A stretch of 64,000 nucleotides of DNA from Candidatus Azotimanducaceae bacterium (GTDB lineage Bacteria; Pseudomonadota; Gammaproteobacteria; Pseudomonadales; Azotimanducaceae), in NCBI GenBank assembly GCA_965233675.1, contig OZ247498.1:2205824-2269823 (forward strand). The letters run 5' to 3'. Under the pieces are notes generated by a model that was not told where the DNA came from, did no database searches, and was given only the letters and a program-made list of their open reading frames with translations. Positions 46,524-56,241 of this stretch are shown here, in pieces. Made by a program: the position numbers and the translations under genes. The first letter of the stretch is position 1; every line of letters starts with the position of its first letter.

Positions 46524-47735
46524 TCAGCTGGTGCGCACATCACGGAACGGGATGGTCTTGTCCACCTCAGGTTCCTTCGGCAGCCCGAGCACCCGCTCAC
46601 CGATGATGTTGCGCTGAATCTGATCCGTACCGCCGCCGATGGAGGTGAAATAGGCGTTCAGGGTCAGGAAGTTGGCGTCTTCGGCACGGGGATGATTTTC
46701 ACCTTCAAACAGGCTCCGGGCGCCGAGAATTTCCGTTCGAACACGGGCTTCCTCGTGCAGGATCCGCGACATGGCCAGCTTGCCGAGACTCATCACGGAC
46801 GAAGAAGTACCCTGCTTCAGATCCGCCTTAGCCCGGGCGGTGTTGAGCGCGTTGAGCCTCTTATATGCAATGGCCTGCGCGATATCCTGGCGGAGGGCCG
46901 GATCATCAAGCCGGCCCGCCTCACGGGCAAGCGCAATCAGCGGTTCTTCATTGCTCGCTTCCTTGACCCCGCTGCGCGGCCCCCGAGCGCCTTCGCCCAT
47001 GGAAGAGCGCTCGTAGGCGAGCGCGGTGTTGAGCACCTTCCAGCCACCGTTCAGCGGCCCGAGCAGATTTTCGGCAGGCACGATGGCATCCGTAATGAAC
47101 ACCTCGTTGAAATGACTTTCGTTGGTGATCTGCCGGAGAGGCCGCACCTCAATGCCCGGCTGCTTCATCGGACAGAAGAAGAAAGAGATGCCTTTATGCT
47201 TCGGCACGTCCCAGTCCGTGCGGGCGATGAGCATGCCGTAGTCGGCCACGGCAGCGCCGGACGTCCAGACTTTCTGACCATTCACCACATAGTGATCGCC
47301 CTGCCGGTCGGCCCGGGTACGGATGCCGGCAAGGTCGGAGCCGGCACCCGGCTCACTGTACAGCAGACACATATTCACATCGTTGGTGAGCAGGCGGCCT
47401 ATCAGCTGTTCTTTGAGGCCCTCGCTGCCGTTGGTCAGCAGGGTGTTGGCCCACAGGTTCATCCGATCCTGACCGGTGCCCGGCGCCCTGACCCGGGCAA
47501 ACTCACGCTCGATAATCTTTGCCTGGCTGTCTTCGAGGCCGCGGCCAAACCACGCCTCGGGCCAGCGCGGCACGGACCAGCGACCTGCCAGCACGAGCTT
47601 CAACCAGGCTTTCCGCTCCGGTGAGGCTTCCCAGTTGTAGGTTTCGCTGGCCAGCGCTTCGGCGATTTCCGAACGCCAGTTTTCTTCGAGCCAGGTGCGT
47701 ACCTCGTCCCGGAGAGTTTCATCCGTCATGCTCAA
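46524..47735 (-). CDS. acyl-CoA dehydrogenase family protein (downstream member of an overlapping pair)
   Basis: 403 aa with the ACAD fold. The C-terminal region reads SIGGGTDQIQRNIIGERVLGLP, so the MCAD-type EGT glutamate position is Gly. Its ATG overlaps the upstream gene's stop (ATGA). Confidence 0.9.
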   Translation of the reverse strand: MSMTDETLRDEVRTWLEENWRSEIAEALASETYNWEASPERKAWLKLVLAGRWSVPRWPEAWFGRGLEDSQAKIIEREFARVRAPGTGQDRMNLWANTLLTNGSEGLKEQLIGRLLTNDVNMCLLYSEPGAGSDLAGIRTRADRQGDHYVVNGQKVWTSGAAVADYGMLIARTDWDVPKHKGISFFFCPMKQPGIEVRPLRQITNESHFNEVFITDAIVPAENLLGPLNGGWKVLNTALAYERSSMGEGARGPRSGVKEASNEEPLIALAREAGRLDDPALRQDIAQAIAYKRLNALNTARAKADLKQGTSSSVMSLGKLAMSRILHEEARVRTEILGARSLFEGENHPRAEDANFLTLNAYFTSIGGGTDQIQRNIIGERVLGLPKEPEVDKTIPFRDVRTS

Positions 47736-48841
47736 CCTCCCAGGGCCTGAAGATAGCGCTCACGATAGTAAGCCGGCGAGCCAAGGAGCTGGGCGTCCGC
47801 CCGGGCCCGTTTGAGGTAGAGATGAGCCGGATGCTCCCAGGTGAAGGCTATGCCGCCGTGCATCTGGATACCGTCTGCCGCGGTCTTCACGAAGGTATCC
47901 GCACAGGCGAAGGCTGCCAGACTGATGGCTTCTTGTGTTTTTTCCGTCCCATTGGCCAGCCGTTCAGCCGCATGACGGGCGGCTGAGATGGCAGATTCGG
48001 TTTCGAGCAGCAGGTCTGCCGCCATATGCTTGATGGCCTGGAAACTGCCGATCTGGCGGCCGAACTGGATCCGGGTCCTGGCGTAGTCCACGGTGAACTC
48101 GAGCACCCGCTGTGCCCCACCAGCCTGCTCTCCAGCCAGCGCCACCAGACCGAGGTCGATGGCCGATTGAACGGCGCTCCAGACCGGTGTGGCGGCATTC
48201 ACGGGTTCTGCATCGACCCCGGAGAAAGTCATCGATGCGAGGCGCTGGGTGTGATCGAAGGTCGGCATCGGCTCGACCGTCATGCCGTTCGAGCCTGCGT
48301 CCACCACAAATGCACCCAGGCCATCGCTCACGCGGGCAATAATGATGAACAGATCGGCGTTCTGGCCATGGAGGACATAGCTGCCGGTGCCCGTCAGTCG
48401 CCACCCCCCCTCAGACTGGACCGCATCCACCGCCACACCGGATTCCGTCCAGGAACCGGCGTCACCGGTGAGTACCGCCGTTGCGATCCTTTCCCCCGCG
48501 GCGATCGCCGGCAGCAGCCGATCATTGGTCGCCTGATCGCCGAGCGCCTGCAGCAGCCGCGAGGCAACTATGCAGGCCAGGAGCGGAGAACACAGTAGTG
48601 CCGCGCCGGCTTCTTCCATCACCGCTTCGAGCTCCATGGGGCCGACCCCGGAACCGCCGTGTGCCTCATCGATGGTAAGACCCACCACCCCCATCTCGGC
48701 GAGATGCCGCCAGAGTGCCGGGTCGTAGCCGCTGTCCGTTTCCATCACCGTTCGTACCGCCGCCTCGGAACTCTGATCCTGCAGCAGCCGGTGCACCGAA
48801 TCGCGCAACGCAGCACGTTCTTCCCCACTCAATGTATTCAT
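47732..48841 (-). CDS. acyl-CoA dehydrogenase family protein (upstream member of an overlapping pair)
   Basis: 369 aa with the ACAD fold (IQMHGGIAFTWEHPAHLYLKRA). Short C-terminus lacking the EGT segment. Confidence 0.9.
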   Translation of the reverse strand: MNTLSGEERAALRDSVHRLLQDQSSEAAVRTVMETDSGYDPALWRHLAEMGVVGLTIDEAHGGSGVGPMELEAVMEEAGAALLCSPLLACIVASRLLQALGDQATNDRLLPAIAAGERIATAVLTGDAGSWTESGVAVDAVQSEGGWRLTGTGSYVLHGQNADLFIIIARVSDGLGAFVVDAGSNGMTVEPMPTFDHTQRLASMTFSGVDAEPVNAATPVWSAVQSAIDLGLVALAGEQAGGAQRVLEFTVDYARTRIQFGRQIGSFQAIKHMAADLLLETESAISAARHAAERLANGTEKTQEAISLAAFACADTFVKTAADGIQMHGGIAFTWEHPAHLYLKRARADAQLLGSPAYYRERYLQALGG

Positions 48842-48860
48842 CGTTGTCTCTTGGTCGATG

Positions 48861-48872
48861 AGAATGATTAAC
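48861..48872. promoter_or_regulatory. Fur-box-like 12-mer AGAATGATTAAC upstream of the small CxxC protein gene
   Basis: Resembles part of the GATAATGATAATCATTATC consensus. A near-identical 12-mer recurs at 49231-49242. Confidence 0.25.
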
Positions 48873-48943
48873 CGTCAGGCTTCATCCTGATAGGGTAGCG
48901 CCGATTTCTGCTCTGGAGTAGTCTCCTCCGCCGGAGATATACG

Positions 48944-49222
48944 ATGCTCGGAATTTTGACGCGCAACCCGATGGTTCACGCCGCCGCGATCCTCGCGGTC
49001 GTGCTGCTGTGCGCGCAAACTCTGGTCGTCGTCCACGATCACCAGACCACCGAAGCCGAACTCTGCGCCGTCTGCTCCACCTCTGCGGACGTCGACACGC
49101 CCAGCAGGGTGGTCGTAGCGGATGCCCGCCCGAACGCGATAGACGTTCCGGCTCTCCTCTCTCTCGCTCCAGCGGAAGGCAAGACTGCTGCCCATCAAGC
49201 CCGCGCACCCCCCTGCGCCTGA
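48944..49222 (+). CDS. small membrane-anchored protein with HDH and CxxC motifs (DUF2946-like partner of the TonB-dependent receptor)
   Basis: 92 aa with GGAGA 6 nt upstream of the ATG. One N-terminal helix, then VVHDHQTTEAELCAVCSTS. Positioned directly upstream of the receptor. Confidence 0.45.
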   Translation: MLGILTRNPMVHAAAILAVVLLCAQTLVVVHDHQTTEAELCAVCSTSADVDTPSRVVVADARPNAIDVPALLSLAPAEGKTAAHQARAPPCA

Positions 49223-49230
49223 CCCCCTCC

Positions 49231-49242
49231 AGAATCATTAAC
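49231..49242. promoter_or_regulatory. Fur-box-like 12-mer AGAATCATTAAC upstream of the TonB-dependent receptor gene
   Basis: 10 of 12 matches to ATAATCATTATC. It is the second copy of the 48861-48872 motif. Confidence 0.25.
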
Positions 49243-49337
49243 GGCACGCAGCGCTGCTGAGGGCTGCCTGCGCGTCAACAAGAATTTCGCGTGCCCGCCC
49301 CGACTGATCAGCGGGCATGCAGGGAATCAGGATCCAT

Positions 49338-51455
49338 ATGAACATCGAGAGAATCGCCTGCCTGTGTGTGCTCTGCACACCGTTCCTGGCAGGTAACAGC
49401 TTCGCCGCCAGCGGCAACGACACCACCGAAAAGGATGCCACCTACGAAGAAGAGGTGGTGGTGATCGCTCATCCACTTTCCGGCGAAGGACTGGCGCAGC
49501 CGACCACCGTCCTTCAGGGCGAAGAACTCCAGCGCGCAGTCGCCGCAACACTCGGAGAAACCCTGGTCAATCAACCTGGCGTTCACTCCGCAACCTTCGG
49601 CCAGGCAGTTGGTCGACCCGTCATCCACGGCATGGGCGGTCCGCGTGTGAAGATCATGGAGGACCGGATCGACAGCATGGACGTTTCCGTGTCCAGTCCG
49701 GACCACGCCACCACCATCGAACCTTATCTGGCTGACCGGATCGAGGTTCTGAAAGGTCCGAGCACGCTGCTCTACGGGAACGGTGCGATCGGCGGTGTGG
49801 TGGATGTGCACACCGGGCGCATACCGCACACGAGGCCGGAAAAAGTGAACGCGAAAGCAGAACTGCGCGGTGCAGACAACGCGGACCAGCGCTCGGCAGC
49901 GGGCATGGTCCAGGCTGGCGCCGGCAATTTCGTTCTCCATCTGGACGGCTTTTGCCGCGACGCCGACGACTACGACATTCCCGGTTTCGCCGAATCAGCC
50001 GCGTTTCGCGAGCGGGAAGAAGAAGATCATGATGAAGAGGAAGATCACGAGGACGAAGATGATCACGACGAAGCGGAAGAAGCCTATGGCGTTCTGCCCG
50101 GCAGCTTCATGGAGACGAAAGGCGGAGCGGTTGGACTGTCTTTCGTCGGCGATCGCGGCTTCATCGGTGCCTCGGTAAGCCTCTACGACTCTGAGTACGG
50201 TATTCCCGGGCACTCACACGAGCATCATGACGAAGATCATGAAGACGAAGACCATGACGAAGAAGCGCACGAGGAAGAAGGGAATCCATACATCGATCTG
50301 GAGCAGACCCGCTTCGACTTCGAAGCAGGACTTGAAAGTCCTTTCTCCGGCGCTGAGAGTCTGAACCTGCGAATCGGCTACAACGACTACGAGCACGCGG
50401 AAATCGAAGGCAGTGGAGAAGTTGGCACACGCTTCGAGAACAAAGCCGTGGAGGGCCGGATAGAGGTCGTCCACCTGCCCGTGGCACAGATCGCCGGAGC
50501 CGGTGGCTTCCAGTTCAGCGACCGGCAGTACGAGGCGACAGGCGAAGAAGCTTACGTACCGCCAGTGGATACCCGGAGCTACGGCTTCTTCTACGTCGGC
50601 CAGCGGGATTTCGAACACTTCGACCTGGAAGGCGGCGTACGCTACGAGACCATCTCGCACGACCCGTCGTTCGGCCAGACCCGGAGTTTCGATCTGGGCG
50701 CGGTATCCCTTGGCCTGATCGCACCCTTCGAGAACGGTCTGACTCTGGCATTGCTCGCCGACTACTCGACCCGGGCGCCGACGGTGGAAGAACTCTTCTC
50801 GGATGGCCCGCACCTGGCGACCGGCAGCTACGAGATCGGCGATGTGACGCTCGGCAAAGAGCGGGCAACCAACTTCTCCGCCACCCTCCAGCATGAAAAC
50901 GATGCCTGGCTGTTGGCCGCCAGCGCCTACTACACCGATTTTCAGGACTTCATCTATTCCCAGGCAACCGGGGCGGAGATTGATGAGCTACCCGTTTATC
51001 AGTGGCAACAGGACGCCGCCACGTTCCGCGGTGTGGATCTGGAGGCAGAATGGCGTGCACTGCGCTGGGACCGGGGCGAGTTCGCTGTCTCCGGCTTTTA
51101 TGACTATGTGCAGGCGCGATTAAAAGATGGCGAGAATAGAGATCTGCCGCGGATACCGCCCCAGCGCTGGGGCATCGGTGCTCGACTGAACTGGATCGGC
51201 TTCACCGCCACCCTGGACTATGCGAAGTCCAGCAGCCAGACGGACGTCGCCCCGCTCGAACTCGCCACCGAAGGGTTCGATGACCTGCGGGCCTACCTGG
51301 GTTACACCTGGAACCTGAACGGCAGTCTCCTGGAAGTGTTCGTTGCCGGTCGAAACCTGACCGATGATGAGCAGCGCCATCACAGCTCATTCATCAAGGA
51401 CGTGGCTCCTCAGCCGGGTCGCACCGTGGAAGGGGGCGTGCGCGTCACTCTGTAG
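49338..51455 (+). CDS. TonB-dependent outer-membrane receptor with two His/Asp/Glu-rich insertions
   Basis: Start moved to ATG 49338 (signal peptide MNIERIACLCVLCTPFLAGNSFA). Plug-domain motifs and a C-terminal beta-barrel ending ...GGVRVTL. Acidic/His loops at 50007-50081 and 50208-50282. Confidence 0.9.
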   Translation: MNIERIACLCVLCTPFLAGNSFAASGNDTTEKDATYEEEVVVIAHPLSGEGLAQPTTVLQGEELQRAVAATLGETLVNQPGVHSATFGQAVGRPVIHGMGGPRVKIMEDRIDSMDVSVSSPDHATTIEPYLADRIEVLKGPSTLLYGNGAIGGVVDVHTGRIPHTRPEKVNAKAELRGADNADQRSAAGMVQAGAGNFVLHLDGFCRDADDYDIPGFAESAAFREREEEDHDEEEDHEDEDDHDEAEEAYGVLPGSFMETKGGAVGLSFVGDRGFIGASVSLYDSEYGIPGHSHEHHDEDHEDEDHDEEAHEEEGNPYIDLEQTRFDFEAGLESPFSGAESLNLRIGYNDYEHAEIEGSGEVGTRFENKAVEGRIEVVHLPVAQIAGAGGFQFSDRQYEATGEEAYVPPVDTRSYGFFYVGQRDFEHFDLEGGVRYETISHDPSFGQTRSFDLGAVSLGLIAPFENGLTLALLADYSTRAPTVEELFSDGPHLATGSYEIGDVTLGKERATNFSATLQHENDAWLLAASAYYTDFQDFIYSQATGAEIDELPVYQWQQDAATFRGVDLEAEWRALRWDRGEFAVSGFYDYVQARLKDGENRDLPRIPPQRWGIGARLNWIGFTATLDYAKSSSQTDVAPLELATEGFDDLRAYLGYTWNLNGSLLEVFVAGRNLTDDEQRHHSSFIKDVAPQPGRTVEGGVRVTL

Positions 51456-51504
51456 ATCGCGCTTTTGATCGTGCGGGTGATCGCACTGCCGTAAAAGGCG
51501 GTAC

Positions 51505-51546
51505 CAGCCATCGGGGTGCGTGGGCATACCCGATGGCTGTTTTCCC
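51505..51546 (+). terminator. rho-independent terminator after the TonB-dependent receptor gene
   Basis: CAGCCATCGGG-(13 nt)-CCCGATGGCTG, an 11-bp stem, followed by TTTTCCC. Confidence 0.65.
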
Positions 51547-51610
51547 AACATCGTTTTCCGACGACCGTTTATCGAACCATCCGGTTACCGAGCCATCCGT
51601 TTTCTGACGA

Positions 51611-52477
51611 TCAACGTACCCGTTCGAACCGGGCCGTGTACTGGGTGACCTCATAGAGGCCCTGGGTACGCTTCAGATTCGGAAACAGGTCGTACCACCA
51701 GGTGTAATTCACTGCGGCGCCACCCGGGACCGGCATGGGCAGTGCGAAGCTCTTCAACTTCTTGTCCGTGACCACACAGCGACCGAAATCACCGTAGTCG
51801 TCCTCAATACAGACCCGGTACTGGGCCCGCCTGCCGGTGCCCTGGGTATTGTCCAGGTCCATGCGCACCCGACGTTCTTTACCGTCTTCCTTCACATACA
51901 GGTAATTCTGACTGGAGACGGATTTATCAATCGTTACCAGCACATGCCGCGTGCCGCTTTCCGGGTCTTCCACGCCGTGCACCAGCAGGAAGTGGTTCGA
52001 GGTCGGCCGCAATTTGCCGAGGCAGGCCCGGCTTTCCACGTTCAGCTCAAAGCGAGCAGTCCAGCGCACGGCTTCACCCCGCTCTCCCTGGCTGAGTTTT
52101 TCGAGGCGCCCCACCGAGGATCCACAACCGCGACCGAGCAGATCCAACGGTCGATTCGCTCGAACCTGGGTCTCGCTTCTGAAGAATCCCGCGGTGAGCT
52201 TATTCTTCCCGTCGAGCGTCAACGACAGCAGAATGTCGATATGCGGATCCTGGTGGATGCTGCAATCCCGGGAAGCGGGATTGCAGGGATTGAAGTTCAG
52301 ATCATCGTCCGGATCTTCGCTGAGCGCGGAGGTGAAACTGCCTTCGTAAAGGCCCAGGTAGGGTTCGAGATCAACCCGGGCCTGGGACAGCCCGGGAAAC
52401 AGGGTGACTATCGCCGCCAGCCACATCGCCGCAGACGCAGACGGGCATACCCAACGCATACCCATCAGGTGGGCCAC
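51611..52477 (-). CDS. secreted hypothetical protein with six Cys in the mature part
   Basis: 288 aa with a signal peptide (...AAIVTLFPGLSQA). The GTG at 52477 abuts the glcB stop; ATG alternatives are at 52465 and 52459. No family recognised. Confidence 0.55.
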   Translation of the reverse strand: MAHLMGMRWVCPSASAAMWLAAIVTLFPGLSQARVDLEPYLGLYEGSFTSALSEDPDDDLNFNPCNPASRDCSIHQDPHIDILLSLTLDGKNKLTAGFFRSETQVRANRPLDLLGRGCGSSVGRLEKLSQGERGEAVRWTARFELNVESRACLGKLRPTSNHFLLVHGVEDPESGTRHVLVTIDKSVSSQNYLYVKEDGKERRVRMDLDNTQGTGRRAQYRVCIEDDYGDFGRCVVTDKKLKSFALPMPVPGGAAVNYTWWYDLFPNLKRTQGLYEVTQYTARFERVR

Positions 52478-54667
52478 TCAGGCCTGAGCGGCTTTCGCTT
52501 CGCGGCGTCGGGCATGGAGTATGGGCTCGGTATAGCCGCTGGGCTGGGAGACGCCTTCGAGCACCAGGTCACAGGCTGCCTGAAAGGCGATGGAGCGATC
52601 ATAGTCCGGCGCCATGGGCTGATAGCCCGCATCGCCGGCATTCTGTCCGTCCACGACCACGGCCATGCGCCGCATCGATTCCAGCACCTGTTCCCGGCTG
52701 CAGACACCATGCAGCAGCCAGTTCGCGATGTGCTGGCTGGAGATCCGGCAGGTCGCCCGGTCCTCCATCAGGCCCACATCGTTGATGTCCGGCACTTTGG
52801 AACAACCGACCCCCTGATCGATCCAGCGGACCACATAGCCGAGGATGCCCTGGGCATTGTTGTCGAGTTCGTTCTGCACTTCTTCTGCGGACAGGTTCTC
52901 TCCCAGCATCAGCGGTACGGTGAGAATGTCATCCAGGCTCGCCCGGGCCCGGCTGGAGAGTTCTTCCTGGCGTGAGGCGACACTGACCTGATGATAGTGC
53001 ATGGCGTGCAGGGTAGCCGCAGTCGGTGACGGGACCCAGGCGGTGTTGGCACCGGCTTCCGGATGACCGATCTTGGTCTCCAGCATCTCTTTCATTTCGT
53101 CCGGCTTCGGCCACATGCCTTTGCCGATCTGAGCCCGACCCCGGAAGCCGGTGGCCAGACCGGCATCCACATTGGCATCTTCGTAGGCCTGGATCCAGGG
53201 TTCAGCTTTGATCGCATCCTTACGCAGGAATGGACCCGCCTGCATGGAGGTGTGGATCTCGTCGCCGGTGCGATCCAGGAATCCGGTGTTGATGAACACC
53301 ACCCGCTCTTTCGCCACTTCGATGCAGGCACGCAGATTGACCGTGGTCCGGCGCTCCTCATCCATGATGCCGACCTTGAGCGTGTTCTTCGGCAGACCGA
53401 GCACCTGTTCCACCCGGGCGAACAGATCGCAGGTGAGTTGCACTTCTTCCGGTCCATGCATTTTCGGCTTCACGATGTAGACGCTGCCCGTCCGTGAGTT
53501 GGCGAGCAGACCGTTGCCCTGCAGATCGTGCATGGCCGCCAGGGAGGTCACCATGGCGTCGAGGAAGCCTTCCGGCACTTCGTTGCCCTCGCTGTCCAGC
53601 ACCGCATCCGTCGTCATCAGATGTCCGACGTTGCGCACCAGCAGCAGGCTGCGACCGTGCAGGGTCAGTGGTTCGCCCGTTCGGCTGGTGTATGCCCGAT
53701 CGGGATTGAGCCGCCGGGTGATGGTCCGGCCGCCTTTCTCCATGGACTCTTCCAGGTCGCCCTTCATCAGCCCGAGCCAGTTGCCGTAGACTACGCACTT
53801 GTCCTGTGCATCCACGGCGGCGACGGAATCCTCGCAATCCTGGATCGTGGTGACGGCACTTTCCAGAACCACGTCCTTCACACCTGCCGGATGCGCGGCA
53901 CCGACGTTGTGTTCACGGTCGATCTGAATATCCACATGCAGACCGTTGTGCTTCAGCAGAATTGAACTCGGATCCGCTTCGTTCACGAAGCCGACGAACT
54001 GATCCGGGTCCCGGAGACCCGTGTTGCCACCGTTGTCGAGCACCGCGCGCAGTTGACGGTTACCGGCCTCATCCGCACCGATGCCATAGGCCACCACTTC
54101 CGTGTGGCTCGCGCCATCGAGTGGGACCGCGGAATCCAGGAAGGCTGCCGCGTGTGCCACCACCACTTCACCCCGGGCCGGATTGTAGCTGCTGCCTTTC
54201 TCTTTGCCGGGCGTTTCCGGGATGATGTCGGTGCCATAGAAGGCGTCGTAGAGCGAGCCCCAGCGGGCATTTGCAGCGTTCAGCGAAAACCGCGCGTTCA
54301 TCACCGGCACCACGAGCTGTGGTCCGGCAACGAGTGCGATCTCTTCATCGACATTTTCTGTTTCGATGGTGAAGGGTGCCGGCTCCTCCACCAGATAGCC
54401 GATCTCAGTAAGGAACGCCTTGTATTCCCCCGCGTCAATCTGCTGACCTTTGCGCGCCAGGTGCCACTCATCGATGGTCTTCTGCAGCTGCTCACGCTTT
54501 TCGAGCAGTGCCACGTTTCTCGGTCCCAGCTCGGCAAGCAATTGCTCGAAGCCGGACCAGAAGTCATCCAGGCCCACGCCTGTGCCCGGCAGAACCTGCT
54601 CTGCCACCAGGGTGTCGAGTTCGGCAGCTATCTTGAGGCCGCCGCGGCTGATGCGATCTTCACTCAT
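52478..54667 (-). CDS. glcB: malate synthase G
   Basis: Start moved to ATG 54667 ([21 protein letters not shown]...). About 729 aa with malate synthase G signatures throughout (recall). Confidence 0.95.
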   Translation of the reverse strand: MSEDRISRGGLKIAAELDTLVAEQVLPGTGVGLDDFWSGFEQLLAELGPRNVALLEKREQLQKTIDEWHLARKGQQIDAGEYKAFLTEIGYLVEEPAPFTIETENVDEEIALVAGPQLVVPVMNARFSLNAANARWGSLYDAFYGTDIIPETPGKEKGSSYNPARGEVVVAHAAAFLDSAVPLDGASHTEVVAYGIGADEAGNRQLRAVLDNGGNTGLRDPDQFVGFVNEADPSSILLKHNGLHVDIQIDREHNVGAAHPAGVKDVVLESAVTTIQDCEDSVAAVDAQDKCVVYGNWLGLMKGDLEESMEKGGRTITRRLNPDRAYTSRTGEPLTLHGRSLLLVRNVGHLMTTDAVLDSEGNEVPEGFLDAMVTSLAAMHDLQGNGLLANSRTGSVYIVKPKMHGPEEVQLTCDLFARVEQVLGLPKNTLKVGIMDEERRTTVNLRACIEVAKERVVFINTGFLDRTGDEIHTSMQAGPFLRKDAIKAEPWIQAYEDANVDAGLATGFRGRAQIGKGMWPKPDEMKEMLETKIGHPEAGANTAWVPSPTAATLHAMHYHQVSVASRQEELSSRARASLDDILTVPLMLGENLSAEEVQNELDNNAQGILGYVVRWIDQGVGCSKVPDINDVGLMEDRATCRISSQHIANWLLHGVCSREQVLESMRRMAVVVDGQNAGDAGYQPMAPDYDRSIAFQAACDLVLEGVSQPSGYTEPILHARRREAKAAQA

Positions 54668-54796
54668 GGATGTCCCCCAAAAATCGGGTCGTAAAAAAAG
54701 CGCGTAAGTATACACGCGGCCTTCTCCATGAAAGGACGACTGACAGGAATCTATTAGTGTCCTGAAGATCAAGCCAGGGACAGCTGCCCCCGGTGA

Positions 54797-55156
54797 TCAG
54801 TCCCGGGCGGTAAAGAAGTCCGCCCTGGGAGTGAAGGTCTCGTCGTAGACGGGTTCTTCCAGATCGACCCGGTATTTGGCGGTTTCCGCCTTCAGCAGAC
54901 CGAACTGACCAATGGCTTCCCGCATCTCCAGATACCAGCGGTTCTGAAAATGGGCCGCCAGCGCGGCTTCCGAAGCCCAGCGTTCGAACACCCGGATACG
55001 CCCCGGGTGCGTGGGTTCAGGACACCAGTCGTAGTCGAGGCAACCGGGCTGGGTCAACGCGCCTTCGATCAGCGGTCGACCGGCATCCAGCGCAGCCTGC
55101 ATTTTTTCCGGTGGCAGATCGATCGTCCCCGAAATGATGATAGCGGTGTTTGCCAT
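54797..55156 (-). CDS. antibiotic-biosynthesis-monooxygenase (ABM)-domain protein
   Basis: 119 aa. Ferredoxin-like ABM pattern GCLDYDW...RIRVFERWASEAALAAHF. Confidence 0.8.
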   Translation of the reverse strand: MANTAIIISGTIDLPPEKMQAALDAGRPLIEGALTQPGCLDYDWCPEPTHPGRIRVFERWASEAALAAHFQNRWYLEMREAIGQFGLLKAETAKYRVDLEEPVYDETFTPRADFFTARD

Positions 55157-55234
55157 AGCCTCCGACCTTCGTTCGTCCGTTTCTGTCGCTCGCGTGCTTA
55201 CCCGCGTGCTTGTATGTTTCCGGTCTTTCGCCCG

Positions 55235-56203
55235 CTACTTCCCAGCAAGTCGTGCCACTACCGGGGCAAAGGGTTCCATGGCATCTTCCCCCACGGTGAT
55301 ATAGGAAATCCCGTGCAGTTCCCGGCGCCGGATGAGTTCTTCACAGACGGTGTCGACGCTGCCGAACAGGGCGTGCGGATGGGCGCGCATATCTGCTTCG
55401 GAGAAGCCGAACATCTGCGCGAAGTTACCGAGCACCGGCGCCGGATCGTCCATCACAAAGGTGAAGTAAGCGCCGATCTCGATGGTGAGATCGTCGAAGC
55501 GATCCCCTGCCCCTTCGCGTACCCAGCCGATCTTCTTCCGGGTTTCCGCTTCTGAAGAAGCCTGCACCCCGTCCGGTCCGATCATGCCCGACCGGTTGTT
55601 GAAATTGAGACTGACGATGTCGGCTTCCCGGCCTGCCAGACGAAGGATCTTCGGTGCACCGCCGCCAATCATCAGCGGCGGCCCTGAGAGCGGCTTCGGC
55701 AGGCCCTCGAAATCCCGCCAGTTCAGCGTTCCGTTCGATACGTTCGCTGGACCTTCGGCCCGGAACGCCTTGATGCCCTCGATCACATCAGCCAGCCGGT
55801 TGATCCGACGGCCGGCGGACTCGAATGGCAGTCCGATGGCCTCGTATTCACCCTTCAGCCAGCCCGCCCCGAGGCCGAACTCCAATCGTCCGCCGGAAAG
55901 ATGATCGATGGTCATGGCCGACTTCGCCAGCACCACCGGGTTGTGATAGTCGATGCAGAAAACCCGGCAACCGATATGAATCTTCTCGGTCACCGCGGCC
56001 GCATAGGCCATTGCGGGAATCGCCGCCAGGCCCTGGACCGGATGGTTGGTGGCTTCCAGCGCCGGGCCCGGACCGATGATGTGATCAGCCAGATGGAAGG
56101 CCGAATAGCCGAGCGATTCTGCCTTCCGGGCCTTGGCGGCCCAGTCCGCGCCGGAATCCGCGTTGAACGACTGGACGCCGAAGCGGAATGATTTACTCAT
56201 CAC
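55235..56203 (-). CDS. luciferase-like monooxygenase (LLM) class flavin/F420-dependent oxidoreductase
   Basis: 322 aa. FRFGVQSFNADSGADWAAKARKAESLGYSAFHLADH N-terminus typical of LLM proteins. Confidence 0.85.
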   Translation of the reverse strand: MMSKSFRFGVQSFNADSGADWAAKARKAESLGYSAFHLADHIIGPGPALEATNHPVQGLAAIPAMAYAAAVTEKIHIGCRVFCIDYHNPVVLAKSAMTIDHLSGGRLEFGLGAGWLKGEYEAIGLPFESAGRRINRLADVIEGIKAFRAEGPANVSNGTLNWRDFEGLPKPLSGPPLMIGGGAPKILRLAGREADIVSLNFNNRSGMIGPDGVQASSEAETRKKIGWVREGAGDRFDDLTIEIGAYFTFVMDDPAPVLGNFAQMFGFSEADMRAHPHALFGSVDTVCEELIRRRELHGISYITVGEDAMEPFAPVVARLAGK

Positions 56204-56241
56204 TGTGCCTGTCGTTCACGCCTGAACACACCCGGTCACGC

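Noticed and set aside
44785-46617. 610-aa plus-strand ORF spanning the APH-like kinase (out of frame) and the rhomboid gene (antisense). The 43932..44969 minus-strand ORF falls in the same category.
   Set aside because: Extremely Arg/Pro/Gly/Ala-rich. It overlaps three genes with catalytic motifs, so it is a GC-driven artefact.
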